Positions 38,896 to 49,987 of a DNA stretch of 64,000 nucleotides are shown here, in pieces. The position numbers and the translations under genes are program-made. How positions within the stretch are numbered: the stretch's first letter is position 1; the number at the start of each line of letters is the position of its first letter. The DNA comes from an uncultured Chloroflexia bacterium (lineage in GTDB: Bacteria > Chloroflexota > Limnocylindria > Limnocylindrales > CSP1-4). The notes beneath the pieces are model-generated. The model did not search any database, had not been told where the DNA came from, and saw nothing but the letters and a program-made list of their open reading frames with translations. Location of the stretch: NCBI GenBank assembly GCA_963720755.1, contig CAVRGP010000015.1, positions 64,001 to 128,000 of the forward strand, read 5' to 3'.

Positions 38896-40502
38896 TCAGG
38901 CGGGCTGCGTCACCCGGATGTCGTCGAGCTCGACTTCGAGGAGATTGGCCGGACCACCGTCGACGGCAACGAAGCGCAATCGAACCTGCTGGCCCGCGAA
39001 GGCATCCATCGAGACCGACGCCGTCCGCCATGCGCCATCGACATCGGTCGGACTGCCGTTCACCCGGAAGACCTCGACCAGGCTGCCATCGCCGAGCTCG
39101 ACGATGGCGCGCAGGCTGTCGGCGGACGTCGACTTCGCCGTGTGGGCGAAGACGTAGCGGAAGGTGAGATGCTGGCCCGTCGCCGCGGGCAGCTGGATCT
39201 GCGGTGAGCGGATCGTTGACCGGCCATCGAGGTCAAAGGCGGCCGGGGTCGCCCCGGCCCTGGCGCCGGTCACGAAGGCGCGCGACCCCGACGGGGTCGT
39301 CCCGAGCTGCTTCGGGCCCGACTTGGTCGTCGGGGCCGGGTTGGCCCGGGCGAACCGAGCACCGGCCGGCGCCGTATCGGTGCCATCGGGGTTGACCGTC
39401 CAGCCCCGCGAGACCTCGAGATCGTCGTCGAACGCACCGCATCGAGCGGCCCTGACCGTTGCTCCCAGAACGGCCAACGGACATGACGCCCGTTCCATCA
39501 GGTACAGGACGGCTTCCTTGTTACGGCCGGTCTCCTTCGCGATCAGCGAATCATCCGGGTAGTCACGGATCGACAGCTCGAAGGTGTAGCTGAAGATCCG
39601 GTACACGCCGTATTCGAAATCCCGCGACGTTCCCGAGGTGATGTACAGATCGCTCGCCTGCTCGGGTCGGTAGCCGTTGGTCGCCGCCATGTGCTTGCCG
39701 ATCCGTGCGAGCGCCGCGTGATCCTGCTTGGTCATGTCCGCCGGCACATTCGCTTTGGTGTAGCCGTACGGCCACAGGACGAGGCGGCCATATTCGTGGA
39801 ACGTGATCGCGGTCCGGATCTGCTGCCGACCGTCGACGACCCGGCTGGCGAGGAAATCGCGAAGCGCCCGGGCCTCCGGGCTTGAGAACGGTCCGGTCCG
39901 CGGTAGGTGATCGCCTGCGGGTTCGTGCTGGTCCTGCCGCCGCCGCCCCACCGGTATCCGAAGTTCCGGTTCAGGTCGGTCCCGATCGAGCTCGTGCCCG
40001 GCGTCGGCTGGCGGTTCTTCCGCCAGTAGTGGAACCTGCCTTTCCTGATGTCGAATTGCGCGCCGTCGGGGTTCATCATCGGCACGATCCAGATCTCGCG
40101 GGTGTTCACGATCGACGTGATCCGCGGATCGACCCCGTAGCCATCGACGAGCCAGTGCATGATCCGGAGCGCCATCTCCGTGCCCATGTGCTCATCGGCA
40201 TGGATGCCACCGTCGAACAGGACCTCGGGTTCCGCCTCGTCGACGTTCACGTTGTCGGAGATCTTGACTGCCCACAGCTGGCGGCCCTTGTAGCTCTGGC
40301 CGATGGAAAACCGCGAGACGATGTCCGGGTGGGCGGCGGCCACGGCTGCGAGGTCCGCGCCCACCTCCGCATAGCTGTGATAGCCCTCCTTGCCGGCGGG
40401 GAACTCGCTGGCGGCGGACGTCGGGATCGCCGTGACCAGGAGCAGCACGATCGCAACAAGGGGACCGAGCATGGACGCGGGGCGCGCGGAGGGATGTCGC
40501 AT
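38896..40502 (-). CDS. secreted M14 zinc carboxypeptidase (carboxypeptidase T-like) with a C-terminal beta-sandwich, frameshifted at about 39897
   Basis: Signal peptide, 'HADE', 'RKNR', 'DLNRN' in ORF 39732..40538; 'FSSPE', 'TFHEYG', 'TFEL' in ORF 38896..39951; one added base restores 'YRGTGPFSSPE'. Confidence 0.88.
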
Positions 40503-40607
40503 GTCGCCAGCATGCCGGGTCCGGGCCGCCCCTGTCATCCCTCGGACGGACCAGCGACGTCCGGTCGGTCGTCCGGGGCCGGGTCATGGACGGGTAGTCT
40601 TGGGCGT

Positions 40608-41438
40608 ATGACCCACCTCGCATCCGTCCTGGCGGAGGTCGACACCTGGGGCGCGGACCAGGCGGCGGCGGCCGTTGTCGATCAGGCGGGCGTCCGCGCG
40701 ATGCAGGGCGATCCCGGCCACCTGTTCCGGTGGGCGTCCATCACCAAGCTGGCCACCGCGATGACGGTCCTGATCGCCGCGGAACGTGGCCTCCTCGACC
40801 TCGACGAGGCGGCCGGCCCGCCCGACTCGACGGTGCGCCACCTGCTGGCACACGCGTCGGGCCTGGGGTTCGATGGCCCGGCGACCCTCGCCCGCCCCGG
40901 GACGCGACGGATCTATTCGAATACAGGCTTCGATCTGCTTGGCGAGTTGGTTGCCGAACGGTCGCACGGGCCGTTCGCCGCGGTCCTGGAAAGCTTCGTT
41001 CTCGGACCGCTCGGGATGTCGGGTACGCGTCTCGTGGAGCGGCCATCGCAGGGTCTCGTGGGACCCGTCACCGACCTCGTGCTCCTCGCGGCAGAGTTCC
41101 TTCGGCCGACCCTGGTCACGGCCGGCTCGTTCCGCACGGCCACCTCGGTCGCGTTTCCAGGGCTGGTCGGACTCCTGCCCGGCGTCGGTCGCTACGACCC
41201 ACTCGATTGGGGGCTGGGCTTCGAGTTGCACGATGGCAAGGGGGCCCACTGGATGGCCGCCGAGTGCAGCCCGGCGACCTTCGGTCACTTCGGCGGTTCG
41301 GGAACGTTCCTGTGGGTCGATCCGGTCGCCCGCCTCGCGGTCGTGACGTTGACCGATCGCCCGTACGGACCGTGGGCCCTGGAGACGTGGCCCGGCTTCT
41401 CGGGCCGGATCCTGGCGGCAGCCGACGGTGGGGATTGA
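40608..41438 (+). CDS. serine hydrolase (beta-lactamase family)
   Basis: SxxK 'SITK', 'LLAHASG', 'YSN', 'FGHFG.SG'. Confidence 0.9.
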   Translation: MTHLASVLAEVDTWGADQAAAAVVDQAGVRAMQGDPGHLFRWASITKLATAMTVLIAAERGLLDLDEAAGPPDSTVRHLLAHASGLGFDGPATLARPGTRRIYSNTGFDLLGELVAERSHGPFAAVLESFVLGPLGMSGTRLVERPSQGLVGPVTDLVLLAAEFLRPTLVTAGSFRTATSVAFPGLVGLLPGVGRYDPLDWGLGFELHDGKGAHWMAAECSPATFGHFGGSGTFLWVDPVARLAVVTLTDRPYGPWALETWPGFSGRILAAADGGD

Positions 41439-41487
41439 ACCGTTCCGGCCCGTCGGATAAGTGCCTCGCGACATCGTCATCGCCGAG

Positions 41488-41565
41488 GTGACATTCGGCA
41501 TGGCGATGCAGGACCATCGGTGCGTCGGGTGACCGACGGCCCCACCGAGGGGTGCCGTTGGACCC
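41488..41565. promoter_or_regulatory. cluster of candidate DosR/OsdR-like boxes upstream of the DoxX gene
   Basis: GTGACATTCGGCAT (41488), AGGACCATCGGTGC (41510), GTGACCGACGGCCC (41529), GTGCCGTTGGACCC (41552), spaced 19-23 nt. Confidence 0.4.
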
Positions 41566-41673
41566 TGTAACCTGACCGCGTCGCCGCCGAAAGTCTAGAC
41601 AGCACCGAATTGCGACACCGGCGGAGACGTGACCCGCCTCGCAGGCCGGACAGCACAAGGAGGAAGGAACCAG

Positions 41674-42440
41674 ATGTCCACTCTACGGAGACTCGCACTC
41701 CCGATCGCGGCGATCGCGGCGGTGCTGCTCTTCCTGCTCGTCAATCCGTGGATCGTCATCGAGCCGGACAGCACACTCAATCAGGCCGTGACCATCGGGT
41801 TCTGGATCTCGTTCCTCTTCTGCTCGTCGTGCTCTTCGAAATGCGCAACGACCAGGGCGGCGAGACGATCGAGGTCGAAGGTCCGGCGTTCACCCGTTTC
41901 CTGTTCGGGAATTCGCGAGCCGGGATGTTCTGGCTGCCGATCCGGTTGTATCGTCGGGCTTCAGCTGGCTGGAAGCCGGCTGGCACAAGTTCGTCGGCGA
42001 CCGGGATGGATCGACGGGGGCGACGGCCCTGAAGGGCTATTGGGAGCGTGCCGTCGCCATCCCGGACGGCGGGAGTCCCGCGATCAACTACGACTGGTAT
42101 CGCAGCTTCATCCAGACCCTCCTCGACAGCGGCTCCTACACCTGGTTCGCCTGGCTCATCACCCTGGGCGAGATGGCCGTCGGTATCGGTCTCCTGATCG
42201 GGATGCTCACCGGCCTGGCTGCATTCTTCGGAGCCCTGATGAGCATGTCCTTCCTCCTGGCTGGCTCCGGGTCCTCGAACCCGGTCGATGTTCACCCTGG
42301 CGGTCGGGCTCATCCTGGCCTGGAAGGTCGCCGGCTACTACGGCGTCGACCGCTACCTGCTCCCGCTCCTGGGGACCCCCTGGAAGCCGGGTGCGATCGC
42401 GGGCAAGGACACCAGCGCGGCAGGCTCGCCAGCTGGCTGA
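41674..42440 (+). CDS. DoxX/DoxD-like membrane protein, broken by several indels
   Basis: Pieces across frames read 'WLPIRL', 'WLEAGWHK', 'LKGYWERA', 'YDWY..F', 'GE..VG.GL..G.LT..AAFFG', 'FLLAGS.SSNP', 'WKVAGYYGVDRYL'; AGGAGG RBS. Confidence 0.8.
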
Positions 42441-42459
42441 CGATCAGACCGCAAATGAC

Positions 42460-42500
42460 AAGGACCCCGGGTCGCGGAGGAGGCGACCCGGGGTCTTTCC
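42460..42500 (+). terminator. intrinsic terminator after the DoxX gene
   Basis: 13-bp perfect stem GACCCCGGGTCGC/GCGACCCGGGGTC followed by TTT. Confidence 0.8.
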
Positions 42501-42597
42501 ATATGCCCTGCCGCATCCATGGTGCGACCTGGCGGTGTATCGTCTAGCGCCACACCCGGCTCGGACCCGGGGGCTCTTGCCAGTTGGAGTCCTGGTC

Positions 42598-43602
42598 ATG
42601 TCATCGACCGCCCCGAGCCGCCGCCGGGTCATGAACGCCCAGCTTCGGATCGTGTTCCTCGCATCGGTGGTCACGGTCGCCTTGGCGGCCTGCTCAGGGG
42701 CCACGTCGTCGTCGGCACCTGGGGCCACGGCCGGCGCGACATCCGTGGCGGGAGACCCAGCCACCGACAAGCTCGCCCAGGTCCTCCAGCGCGGAACGCT
42801 CATCCTGTCGACCGACCCGGAGTACCCGCCGCAGTCCATGGGTGTCGACGGCGCCGTGCGCCTGGCGGACACCAAGTGCGCCGCTAACCAGATGACGGCT
42901 CCGGAGATGACCGGCTATGACGCGGAGACCGGAAAGGCCGTGGCGGCCGCGCTCGGCGTGGAACCATGTTTCGTGGTGCCGAGCTGGACCGAGATCACCG
43001 GGGGCAGCTGGGGTGACCGGTGGGACATCTCGTACGGGTCGGGCTCGATCAACGCGGATCGCATGACCCGCCTGTGGATGACGCAGCCCTATTACGGCGT
43101 CCCAAATCACTACTTCGTTCGGTCCGATTCCCCGTACCAGACGCCCGCCGACCTGTCGGGTAAGCAGATCGGGGCGTGCGCGAGTTGCAGCCACGAATAC
43201 TTCCTCAAAGGAGAGCTGGAGATCCCCGGCGTTGTCATCACCCTTGATGTCACGAACCCGCAGATCGTGACCTTCGAGACCGAGCCGACCGGGCTCAAGG
43301 AGCTCGCCGACGGGAAGATCGACGCGTTCCTGGCCGCGGTTCCGGTCGGCCAGGCTGCCATCGATGGCGGCCTGGATCTGCGGATGCTGGCGCAAACGTC
43401 GTTCACCTACTACCCGTCGGGGTTCGTCGACAAGAGCTCCGGGCTCGAATCGAAGCCTTTCGTCGAGCGGGTGAATGAGATCGTCCGGGGGCTCCAGGCT
43501 GACGGCACCCTGAAGGCCCTGTCCATCAAGTTCTTCGGCGTCGATTACGCCCAGGCAGGCGCCGACTTCGATCTCGACGCCACGGGACAGGTGTTGCAGT
43601 AG
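42598..43602 (+). CDS. family 3 (polar amino acid-type) solute-binding lipoprotein
   Basis: Lipobox 'LAAC', 'D..YPP.S', 'GYD.E....VA..LGV', 'L..GKIDA', 'DGTL..LS.KFFG'. Confidence 0.88.
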   Translation: MSSTAPSRRRVMNAQLRIVFLASVVTVALAACSGATSSSAPGATAGATSVAGDPATDKLAQVLQRGTLILSTDPEYPPQSMGVDGAVRLADTKCAANQMTAPEMTGYDAETGKAVAAALGVEPCFVVPSWTEITGGSWGDRWDISYGSGSINADRMTRLWMTQPYYGVPNHYFVRSDSPYQTPADLSGKQIGACASCSHEYFLKGELEIPGVVITLDVTNPQIVTFETEPTGLKELADGKIDAFLAAVPVGQAAIDGGLDLRMLAQTSFTYYPSGFVDKSSGLESKPFVERVNEIVRGLQADGTLKALSIKFFGVDYAQAGADFDLDATGQVLQ

Positions 43603-43604
43603 GC

Positions 43605-46349
43605 GTGCGTATCCCGGGACCCTGGAACCGCAGCCTCCGGGCCCGGCTGGTCGCCTACTTCCTGGTGCTTTCGGGGGTCACGGTCGCCGTCGTCGGTGCC
43701 GTGGTCTACGCTCGTGCGACCGACGACCTGAAGAACTCCGTCTTCGAGCGGCTCGCCGCGGTCGCCGAAGTCAAGGCCGATTCGCTGGATCGCTGGATCG
43801 ACGAGCAGCGCCGCAACGTCGTGTTCGTAGGGAGCATCCCAGGGCTGGGCGACGAGGCCCGCGTCTTCCTGTCCGACCAGTCCAGCCCGGCTGAGCGCGA
43901 TGCTGCGCGGGCGAACCTGGCCAAGACCCTGGGCGTCGTCGTCCAGCAGACATCCGACGCGCAGGAGTTCACGATCCTCGACCTGGACGGCGTCGTCCGC
44001 CTGTCCACGGTTCCCGCCCATGAAGGGCAGTCCCAGGCCAACGAGTACTTCTTCACCAACGGCGTGTCGCACACGACCGTCCAGAACGTCTATACGTCAT
44101 CGCTCACCAACCTCCCGACGATCACCGTCAGCAATCCGTTGTTCGATGCCGACGGTCATGGGCGCCGGGTCGGCGTGCTGGCCGGGAACCTCAATCTGGA
44201 ACGGATCGATCGGATCGTGCTGGAACGGACGGGTCTCGGCGTGGGTGGCGCGACCTACCTCGTCGGGACGGATCACCGGTTCCTGCACGCTCGCCTCAAT
44301 CAGGGCGAGTTCGCGAGCGGCGTCACTTCCAAGGGGATCGAGCTCGCCCTGGCCGGTGGTTCCGGTCAGGCGTTATACACCGACTACCGCGGTGTCCCGG
44401 TCATCGGTGTCTACCGCTGGCTGGACGCGCACGATGCGGCCCTGCTGGTCGAGCTGCCCCAGTCCGAGGCCTTCGGCCCGGCCGAACAACTCGCCGCGAC
44501 GATCGGCCTGGTCGGCCTGATCTCCGCCCTCCTCCTCGCCATCGGGATCTGGCTCGTCGCTCGCCAGGTCACGCGGCCCATCCTCAGGCTCGCCTCGACA
44601 GCTTCCGCGGTGGCCGGCGGTGACCTCCACGCGACGGCGCCGGTGACGTCAGAGGACGAGGTGGGCCAGCTCACGACCGCGTTCAACGGGATGACGGTGC
44701 AGCTCCGCGAGAACGTCGAGACACTCGAGCGTCGAGTCGAGGAGCGAACCGCCGAGTCGACCGCCGCGCGCCTGGAGGCGGATGCGGCCAACCAGGCCAA
44801 GAGCTCGTTCCTCGCTGCGATGAGTCACGAGATCCGGACGCCGATGAACGCCATCATCGGGATGAGCGGCCTCCTGCTCGATACGCCCGTCACGGACGAA
44901 CAGCGCGACTACGCCGAGACGATCCAGACGAGCGGCGATGCGCTGCTGACGATCATCAACGACATCCTGGACTTCTCCAAGATCGAGGCGGGACGGATCG
45001 ATCTCGGGGCCGAACCATTCGATCTCCGTCGGGCCGTCGAGGGCGCCCTGGACGTCCTTGCACCAGCGACGGCGAAGAAGGGCATCGAACTCGCCTATCA
45101 CATCGACGAGGTGGTCCCGCAGCAGCTCGTCGGCGACGTCGGACGTTTCCGTCAGATCGTCCTCAACCTTTTGTCCAACGCGGTCAAGTTCACGGAGGTC
45201 GGTGAAGTCGAGCTGTCGGTCGGCGGCGGCCCGGTCGACCCGGACGCGATCGATCCCGGGACTCCACCGCGATGGGAGCTGGCAGTGGACGTCCGCGATA
45301 CCGGGATCGGCATCCCCGCTGACCGGATCGGCCGCCTCTTCCAGAGTTTCAGTCAGGCCGATGCCAGCATCTCGCGGCGTTTCGGCGGGACGGGGCTTGG
45401 CCTGGTCATCAGTCGGCGCCTGGCCGAGGCCATGGGCGGCTCGCTGATCGCCGAAAGCAGCGGCGTTCCGGGGCAAGGCAGCACCTTCCGGCTTCGGATC
45501 GTGGCCCCGATCGGAGTCGACAGCGACCGGCTGCCGACATCCGAGCCGGTGGATCTCGCCGGCCGTCGGGCGCTGGTCGTGGACGACAACGCCACGAGCC
45601 GCCGGATCCTGGTCGCGCAACTCGCGCGATTCGGGATGGAGGCGCGCGCCACCGGGAGCGCGTCCGAGGCGCTCAGCTGGCTCGGCGGACAGGGACCGTT
45701 CGACATCGTCCTGAGCGACATGCGGATGCCGGAGATGGACGGCCTGGCCCTGGCCTCAGCGATCCGCGCAACGATCACGCCGATCCTCCCGGTCGTCATC
45801 CTCTCGTCCGTCGGCGAGCGGATGCCGGCCGATGCACCGATCGCCGGCTCGCTGACCAAACCGGTGAAGCCATCGGTCCTGCACGGCGCGCTGGTGAACG
45901 CCTTCGACCTGGGCGTTGCGCCATCGGTCCCCCGCGTGCTGGAGCGGCCCAGCATCGACGCCAATTCGGCCACGCGACACCCGCTTCGGATCCTCCTGGC
46001 GGAAGACAACGCCGTGAATCAGAAGCTGGCGCTACGACTGCTCGAGCGGATGGGCTACGCGGCTGATCTCGCGGCCGACGGTCAGGCTGCCATCGATGCG
46101 ATGGAGACGAACAGCTACGACGTTATCCTGATGGACATCCAGATGCCCGAGATCGATGGGCTGGAAGCGACTCGCCGGATCCGCACGCGCTGGCCAGACC
46201 GGGACATCCGGATCGTCGCCATGACCGCCAATGCCATGGCCGAGGATCGAGCCGCCTGTCTCGAGGCTGGGATGGACGACTACGTCGCCAAGCCGATCCG
46301 GGTGGAGGAGTTGGTGGCAGCGCTCCTGCGTGCGACCCCGACGCCCTGA
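43605..46349 (+). CDS. hybrid sensor histidine kinase (Cache-like, HAMP, HisKA, HATPase, two REC domains)
   Basis: '[10 protein letters not shown]', 'NAVKFT', 'DTGIG', 'GGTGLGL'; two receivers ('VVDDN...SDMRMP', 'LAEDN...MDIQMP'). Confidence 0.95.
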   Translation: MRIPGPWNRSLRARLVAYFLVLSGVTVAVVGAVVYARATDDLKNSVFERLAAVAEVKADSLDRWIDEQRRNVVFVGSIPGLGDEARVFLSDQSSPAERDAARANLAKTLGVVVQQTSDAQEFTILDLDGVVRLSTVPAHEGQSQANEYFFTNGVSHTTVQNVYTSSLTNLPTITVSNPLFDADGHGRRVGVLAGNLNLERIDRIVLERTGLGVGGATYLVGTDHRFLHARLNQGEFASGVTSKGIELALAGGSGQALYTDYRGVPVIGVYRWLDAHDAALLVELPQSEAFGPAEQLAATIGLVGLISALLLAIGIWLVARQVTRPILRLASTASAVAGGDLHATAPVTSEDEVGQLTTAFNGMTVQLRENVETLERRVEERTAESTAARLEADAANQAKSSFLAAMSHEIRTPMNAIIGMSGLLLDTPVTDEQRDYAETIQTSGDALLTIINDILDFSKIEAGRIDLGAEPFDLRRAVEGALDVLAPATAKKGIELAYHIDEVVPQQLVGDVGRFRQIVLNLLSNAVKFTEVGEVELSVGGGPVDPDAIDPGTPPRWELAVDVRDTGIGIPADRIGRLFQSFSQADASISRRFGGTGLGLVISRRLAEAMGGSLIAESSGVPGQGSTFRLRIVAPIGVDSDRLPTSEPVDLAGRRALVVDDNATSRRILVAQLARFGMEARATGSASEALSWLGGQGPFDIVLSDMRMPEMDGLALASAIRATITPILPVVILSSVGERMPADAPIAGSLTKPVKPSVLHGALVNAFDLGVAPSVPRVLERPSIDANSATRHPLRILLAEDNAVNQKLALRLLERMGYAADLAADGQAAIDAMETNSYDVILMDIQMPEIDGLEATRRIRTRWPDRDIRIVAMTANAMAEDRAACLEAGMDDYVAKPIRVEELVAALLRATPTP

Positions 46350-46351
46350 GG

Positions 46352-47026
46352 TCAGTTCCGGGGGACGGCGGCGAGCAGCGCGTCGAGCGCGTCCGTGCCG
46401 ATCTCGCCGGCCATGCGTGCAACCACCTTGCCATCGCCGTCGAGGACGACCAGGAACGGGAACGCATTGAGGCCATACGCGTTGGCCACCGACCCCGTCG
46501 GGTCGACGATGACGGGAACCGTCCAACCGATCCGCTCGAGCCACGCGGCCGGTGGGTAATTCGGCGCGGTCGGATCGATCGCGGTGGATACCGAGCGGAA
46601 CTCGACATCGGATGGCGCACCGCCGCTGTCGAGCCACGCCTGCAGGATCGGGAGCTCGTTCTGGCAGTGGGTGCACCAATGGGCAGCGAACACGACGAGC
46701 ATCGGCTTGCCGGTCGGCTCGATGGTGACGGGCAAGCCCTGGTCGTTGTGGCCAGCGACGACCGGAGCGACCAGGCCCTTGGCCGGATCGTCACCGGTCG
46801 GGGAGTACACCGGCAGGGAATTGCCGTTGATCACCGGAGGCTGGACCGCCGCCGCGGAGGGGCTGGCCGACGCGCCTGGCCCGGCCTGGCTTGCCAGGAA
46901 GGCCGCCGCCGCCGTCCCCAGGATGACGATCCCGACGATCGGCAACAGCCAGCGCGCGACGGGGTTCTGATCCTGGCGACGGGCGGCTTCCCGCCGCGAT
47001 TCGCGGGCTCTGGCTCGTTCAGTCAT
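46352..47026 (-). CDS. membrane-anchored TlpA-like thioredoxin-fold protein
   Basis: N-terminal TM, 'WCTHC' CxxC, cis-Pro 'AFP'. Confidence 0.88.
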   Translation of the reverse strand: MTERARARESRREAARRQDQNPVARWLLPIVGIVILGTAAAAFLASQAGPGASASPSAAAVQPPVINGNSLPVYSPTGDDPAKGLVAPVVAGHNDQGLPVTIEPTGKPMLVVFAAHWCTHCQNELPILQAWLDSGGAPSDVEFRSVSTAIDPTAPNYPPAAWLERIGWTVPVIVDPTGSVANAYGLNAFPFLVVLDGDGKVVARMAGEIGTDALDALLAAVPRN

Positions 47027-47579
47027 CGGTCTCCTCGTTGATCTCGGCGCGTCGGATGGAAAGCAGCGTGATGATCGACAGGAATGCGGCGAGGGCCAGC
47101 AGCGGCAGGCTCACGAACCCGAACTCGCGGAACCAGATCAAGGTGCATGACGATCCCGTCCCGCATGCGCCGCTGTCGAGCGATGGGATCCATTCGAGTG
47201 CGAGGTGGTAGATCGAAATGATCGCCCCGATGGATGCCAGGACGCGCACATAGGTGATCACGGCATCGTCCCTGCGGACGGCAGCGATCCCGAGGATGAT
47301 CACCAACGGGTACATGGCGATGCGCTGGTACCAGCACAGCCGGCACGGATCGAAGTGGGCGACTTCGGAGAAGTACAGGCTGCCGACCGTTGCCAGCGAC
47401 GCCACCACGAATGCCATCCCGATGGCGTTCGGGCCGATGACGCTGCAGAGGGCGCGAAACCAGCCACGCGCCCGGATCGACCCGAGGGCGAGCAGCCGGA
47501 TCGCGACGATCGACCCGACGAAGAGGAGGGCGACGATCGCGAGGATCGAATAGAAGACCTGGACGCTGGCGACGGTCAT
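47019..47579 (-). CDS. disulfide bond formation protein B (BdbC/DsbB family)
   Basis: 'GSLYFSE...F.PC.LCWYQRI.MYP', second Cys pair 'C....SC', 'FGFVSLP'. Confidence 0.92.
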   Translation of the reverse strand: MTVASVQVFYSILAIVALLFVGSIVAIRLLALGSIRARGWFRALCSVIGPNAIGMAFVVASLATVGSLYFSEVAHFDPCRLCWYQRIAMYPLVIILGIAAVRRDDAVITYVRVLASIGAIISIYHLALEWIPSLDSGACGTGSSCTLIWFREFGFVSLPLLALAAFLSIITLLSIRRAEINEETDD

Positions 47580-47606
47580 CGCGCGAACGTCATCGGTGGG
47601 CGCATC

Positions 47607-48047
47607 TCAGGCAGGGACGACGATGACCCGGCACGATGCCTTCTGGGTCACTTCGGTCGAGACGCTACCGAGCAGGAGCCGTCGCAGGTCCGTTCGCGGA
47701 CGCGAGCCGAGGACGATGACGTCTGCCGCCTCCGTGGTCGCCGCCTCGAGGATCGACTCGGCCGGATCGCCATCCCAGATCAGGTAGGTGGCTGACACGC
47801 CGGCATCGCGGGCGCGCCGGACGATGGCGTTCACGCCACTCTCCAGGCGGTCCCGCTCCTGGTCGATCCGGCGGATGCGTCCGCCAGGCAACCGAAGGTT
47901 GGACCGTTCGACGACGCTGAACACGACGAGCTCGGCATGATCGTCGGCGGCCAGGTGGATCGCCGCCTCGATCGCGCCGCGAGACGCATTGCTGAGATCG
48001 ATCGCCAGCAGGATCCGACGGGCCTGCGGCTCGACACGAGCTTCCAT
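47607..48047 (-). CDS. universal stress protein
   Basis: 'ILLAID.S..S', 'G.PA..I', 'IVLGS', 'LLLGSVS..V...A.C.V.VV'. Confidence 0.92.
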   Translation of the reverse strand: MEARVEPQARRILLAIDLSNASRGAIEAAIHLAADDHAELVVFSVVERSNLRLPGGRIRRIDQERDRLESGVNAIVRRARDAGVSATYLIWDGDPAESILEAATTEAADVIVLGSRPRTDLRRLLLGSVSTEVTQKASCRVIVVPA

Positions 48048-48158
48048 GCAAGCCATGGTGTTCGCCCGGGGCACACTCGTTCACGGTCCATCTGGCCGGT
48101 TGTCACGGGCCGGGTGGCACGAGGTTCGAGTGCGCCAGCCCTCTGCTACGCTCACCTC

Positions 48159-49313
48159 GTGAGTGGCATCGATCAGCCGACTGACGGCGGACGGGTCGTC
48201 GAGGCGTTCGACCGCGCCACTCGGGCCATCGCCGGCCTCCTGCCGCTCGAAGAGGTCCTTCAGGTCATCGTCGATGAGCTGCGTCCGCTCGTTGACGCGC
48301 GCTACGCGGCTCTCGGGATCGTCGACGCTTATGGCGTCATCGACCGCTTCATCACGTCGGGGATCGATGATCCGGTACGGGCCGCGATCGGCGCGCCGCC
48401 CCGAGGTCATGGCATCCTCGGGCTGATCGTGCGCGAAAACCGATCGATCCGGATCCCGGACCTGATGGCCGATCCACGTCGTCACGGCTTCCCGGTGAAC
48501 CATCCGCCGATGCATACCTTCCTCGGCGTCCCGATCTCCGTTCGGGGCCATTCGGTCGGGAACCTGTATCTGACCGACAAGGCCGGAGGAGGGGAGTTCA
48601 CCGTCGAGGACGAGGAGCTCGTCGAGACCTTCGCTCGCCACGCGGCGATCGCGATGGACAACGCCCGGCTCCACGAGGAGGTCCTGCGGTTGGCGGTCGT
48701 CGACGAGCGCGAACGGATCAGCAAGGACCTGCACGACGGCATCATCCAGAGCATCTATGCCGTGGGTCTGTCGCTCGAGGACGTGCCGGAACTCCTCGAG
48801 GATGATCCCCAGGAAGTCGCCCACCGCGTCGAGCGAGCCATCGACAACCTCCACCTGACCATCCGTGACATCCGGAACTTCATCTTCGGCCTCCGGCCTG
48901 AACTGCTGAGCGGCACGAACCTCGTGGCCGGCCTCGTCGCGATCGCCGAGGAGTTTCGCCATAACTCGATGATCGACATCGAGGTCCATGCGGAAGATCT
49001 CGCCCGCGAGCCGTCGCCAGACTTGACCGCGCACCTCCTGGCCATCGCCAACGAGGCGCTCAGCAACACCGCGAGGCATTCCGGAGCGTCGAGAGCGCTG
49101 GTCGGCGTGTCGGGCAACGAGAGCGGCGTGCACCTGACGATCACCGACAACGGTCGTGGGTTCGCCGGCTCCGCGGGGGGAAGCGTGGGCCACCAGGGGC
49201 TCAGCAACATGCGCTCACGTGCCGCGGACATCCATGCGACCATCGTCATCGATACCGGGAATGAAGGCACGACCATCCGGGTCGTCCTCCCGCCCGAGGA
49301 TGAGGACACATGA
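48159..49313 (+). CDS. GAF-domain sensor histidine kinase (DosS/DevS-like, HisKA_3)
   Basis: GAF 'ARYAALG', 'P.G.GILG', 'GFP.NHPPM.TFLGVPI...GNLYLT.K'; 'RI..DLHD..IQ', 'EALSN..RHS', 'DNG.G'. Confidence 0.9.
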   Translation: MSGIDQPTDGGRVVEAFDRATRAIAGLLPLEEVLQVIVDELRPLVDARYAALGIVDAYGVIDRFITSGIDDPVRAAIGAPPRGHGILGLIVRENRSIRIPDLMADPRRHGFPVNHPPMHTFLGVPISVRGHSVGNLYLTDKAGGGEFTVEDEELVETFARHAAIAMDNARLHEEVLRLAVVDERERISKDLHDGIIQSIYAVGLSLEDVPELLEDDPQEVAHRVERAIDNLHLTIRDIRNFIFGLRPELLSGTNLVAGLVAIAEEFRHNSMIDIEVHAEDLAREPSPDLTAHLLAIANEALSNTARHSGASRALVGVSGNESGVHLTITDNGRGFAGSAGGSVGHQGLSNMRSRAADIHATIVIDTGNEGTTIRVVLPPEDEDT

Positions 49314-49987
49314 CCGACGCTACGCGAAGTCCGAGCCAGGCGTTGACCATCCTGGTCGTGGATGACCACGAGGTCGTTCGGCAGGGGCTGTCCGCGATGC
49401 TCGACCGCCGCGAAGGGTTCCAGGTCGTCGCGGAGGCCGGCACCGTCGCCGAGGCGCTCGATTCCGCGCGCCGCTTCCAGCCGGATCTCGTGGTGATGGA
49501 TGTCCGCTTGCCGGACGGGTCGGGGGTCGAAGCCTGTCGCGAGATCCGAGCCGAGCTTCCCGAGACCCGGGTGGTGATGCTGACGAGTTATCCCGACGAG
49601 GAAGCCGTGCTCGCGGCCATCATCGCGGGCGCCAGTGGATACCTCCTCAAGCAAGTGCGCGCCCGAGATCTGGTGGCGGCCCTGGAAGCCGTCGGCCGCG
49701 GTGAATCGCTGCTCGACCCGGCGGTCACCGGCAAGGTCCTCGAGCGGATGCGCCGGATCGCGGCGTCAGACCAACCTGACGAACTCGCCGCCCTGACCCA
49801 ACAGGAGCGCAAGATCCTCGCGCTGGTGGCCGAGGGCAAGACGAACAAGGAGATCGCGGCCGAGGTCTACCTTTCGGACAAGACGGTCAAGAACTACGTG
49901 AGTTCGATCCTGGCAAAGCTCAATCTGGAGCGGCGAGCGCAGGCCGCCGCGTACGTCGCCAAACTCAAGGGACCGGGCGGCGGCTGA
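49310..49987 (+). CDS. NarL/LuxR response regulator (DosR/DevR-like)
   Basis: 'VDDHEVVR.GL', 'DVRLPDGSG.EACR', 'GASGY.LK', HTH 'TNKEIA....LS.KTVKNYVS..L.KL..ERR.QAA'. Confidence 0.92.
   Translation: MTDATRSPSQALTILVVDDHEVVRQGLSAMLDRREGFQVVAEAGTVAEALDSARRFQPDLVVMDVRLPDGSGVEACREIRAELPETRVVMLTSYPDEEAVLAAIIAGASGYLLKQVRARDLVAALEAVGRGESLLDPAVTGKVLERMRRIAASDQPDELAALTQQERKILALVAEGKTNKEIAAEVYLSDKTVKNYVSSILAKLNLERRAQAAAYVAKLKGPGGG

Noticed and set aside
41629-43602. 657-aa ORF fusing the DoxX N-terminus to the solute-binding protein
   Set aside because: It reads through a strong terminator and off-frame DoxX sequence; the binding protein has its own RBS and lipoprotein signal
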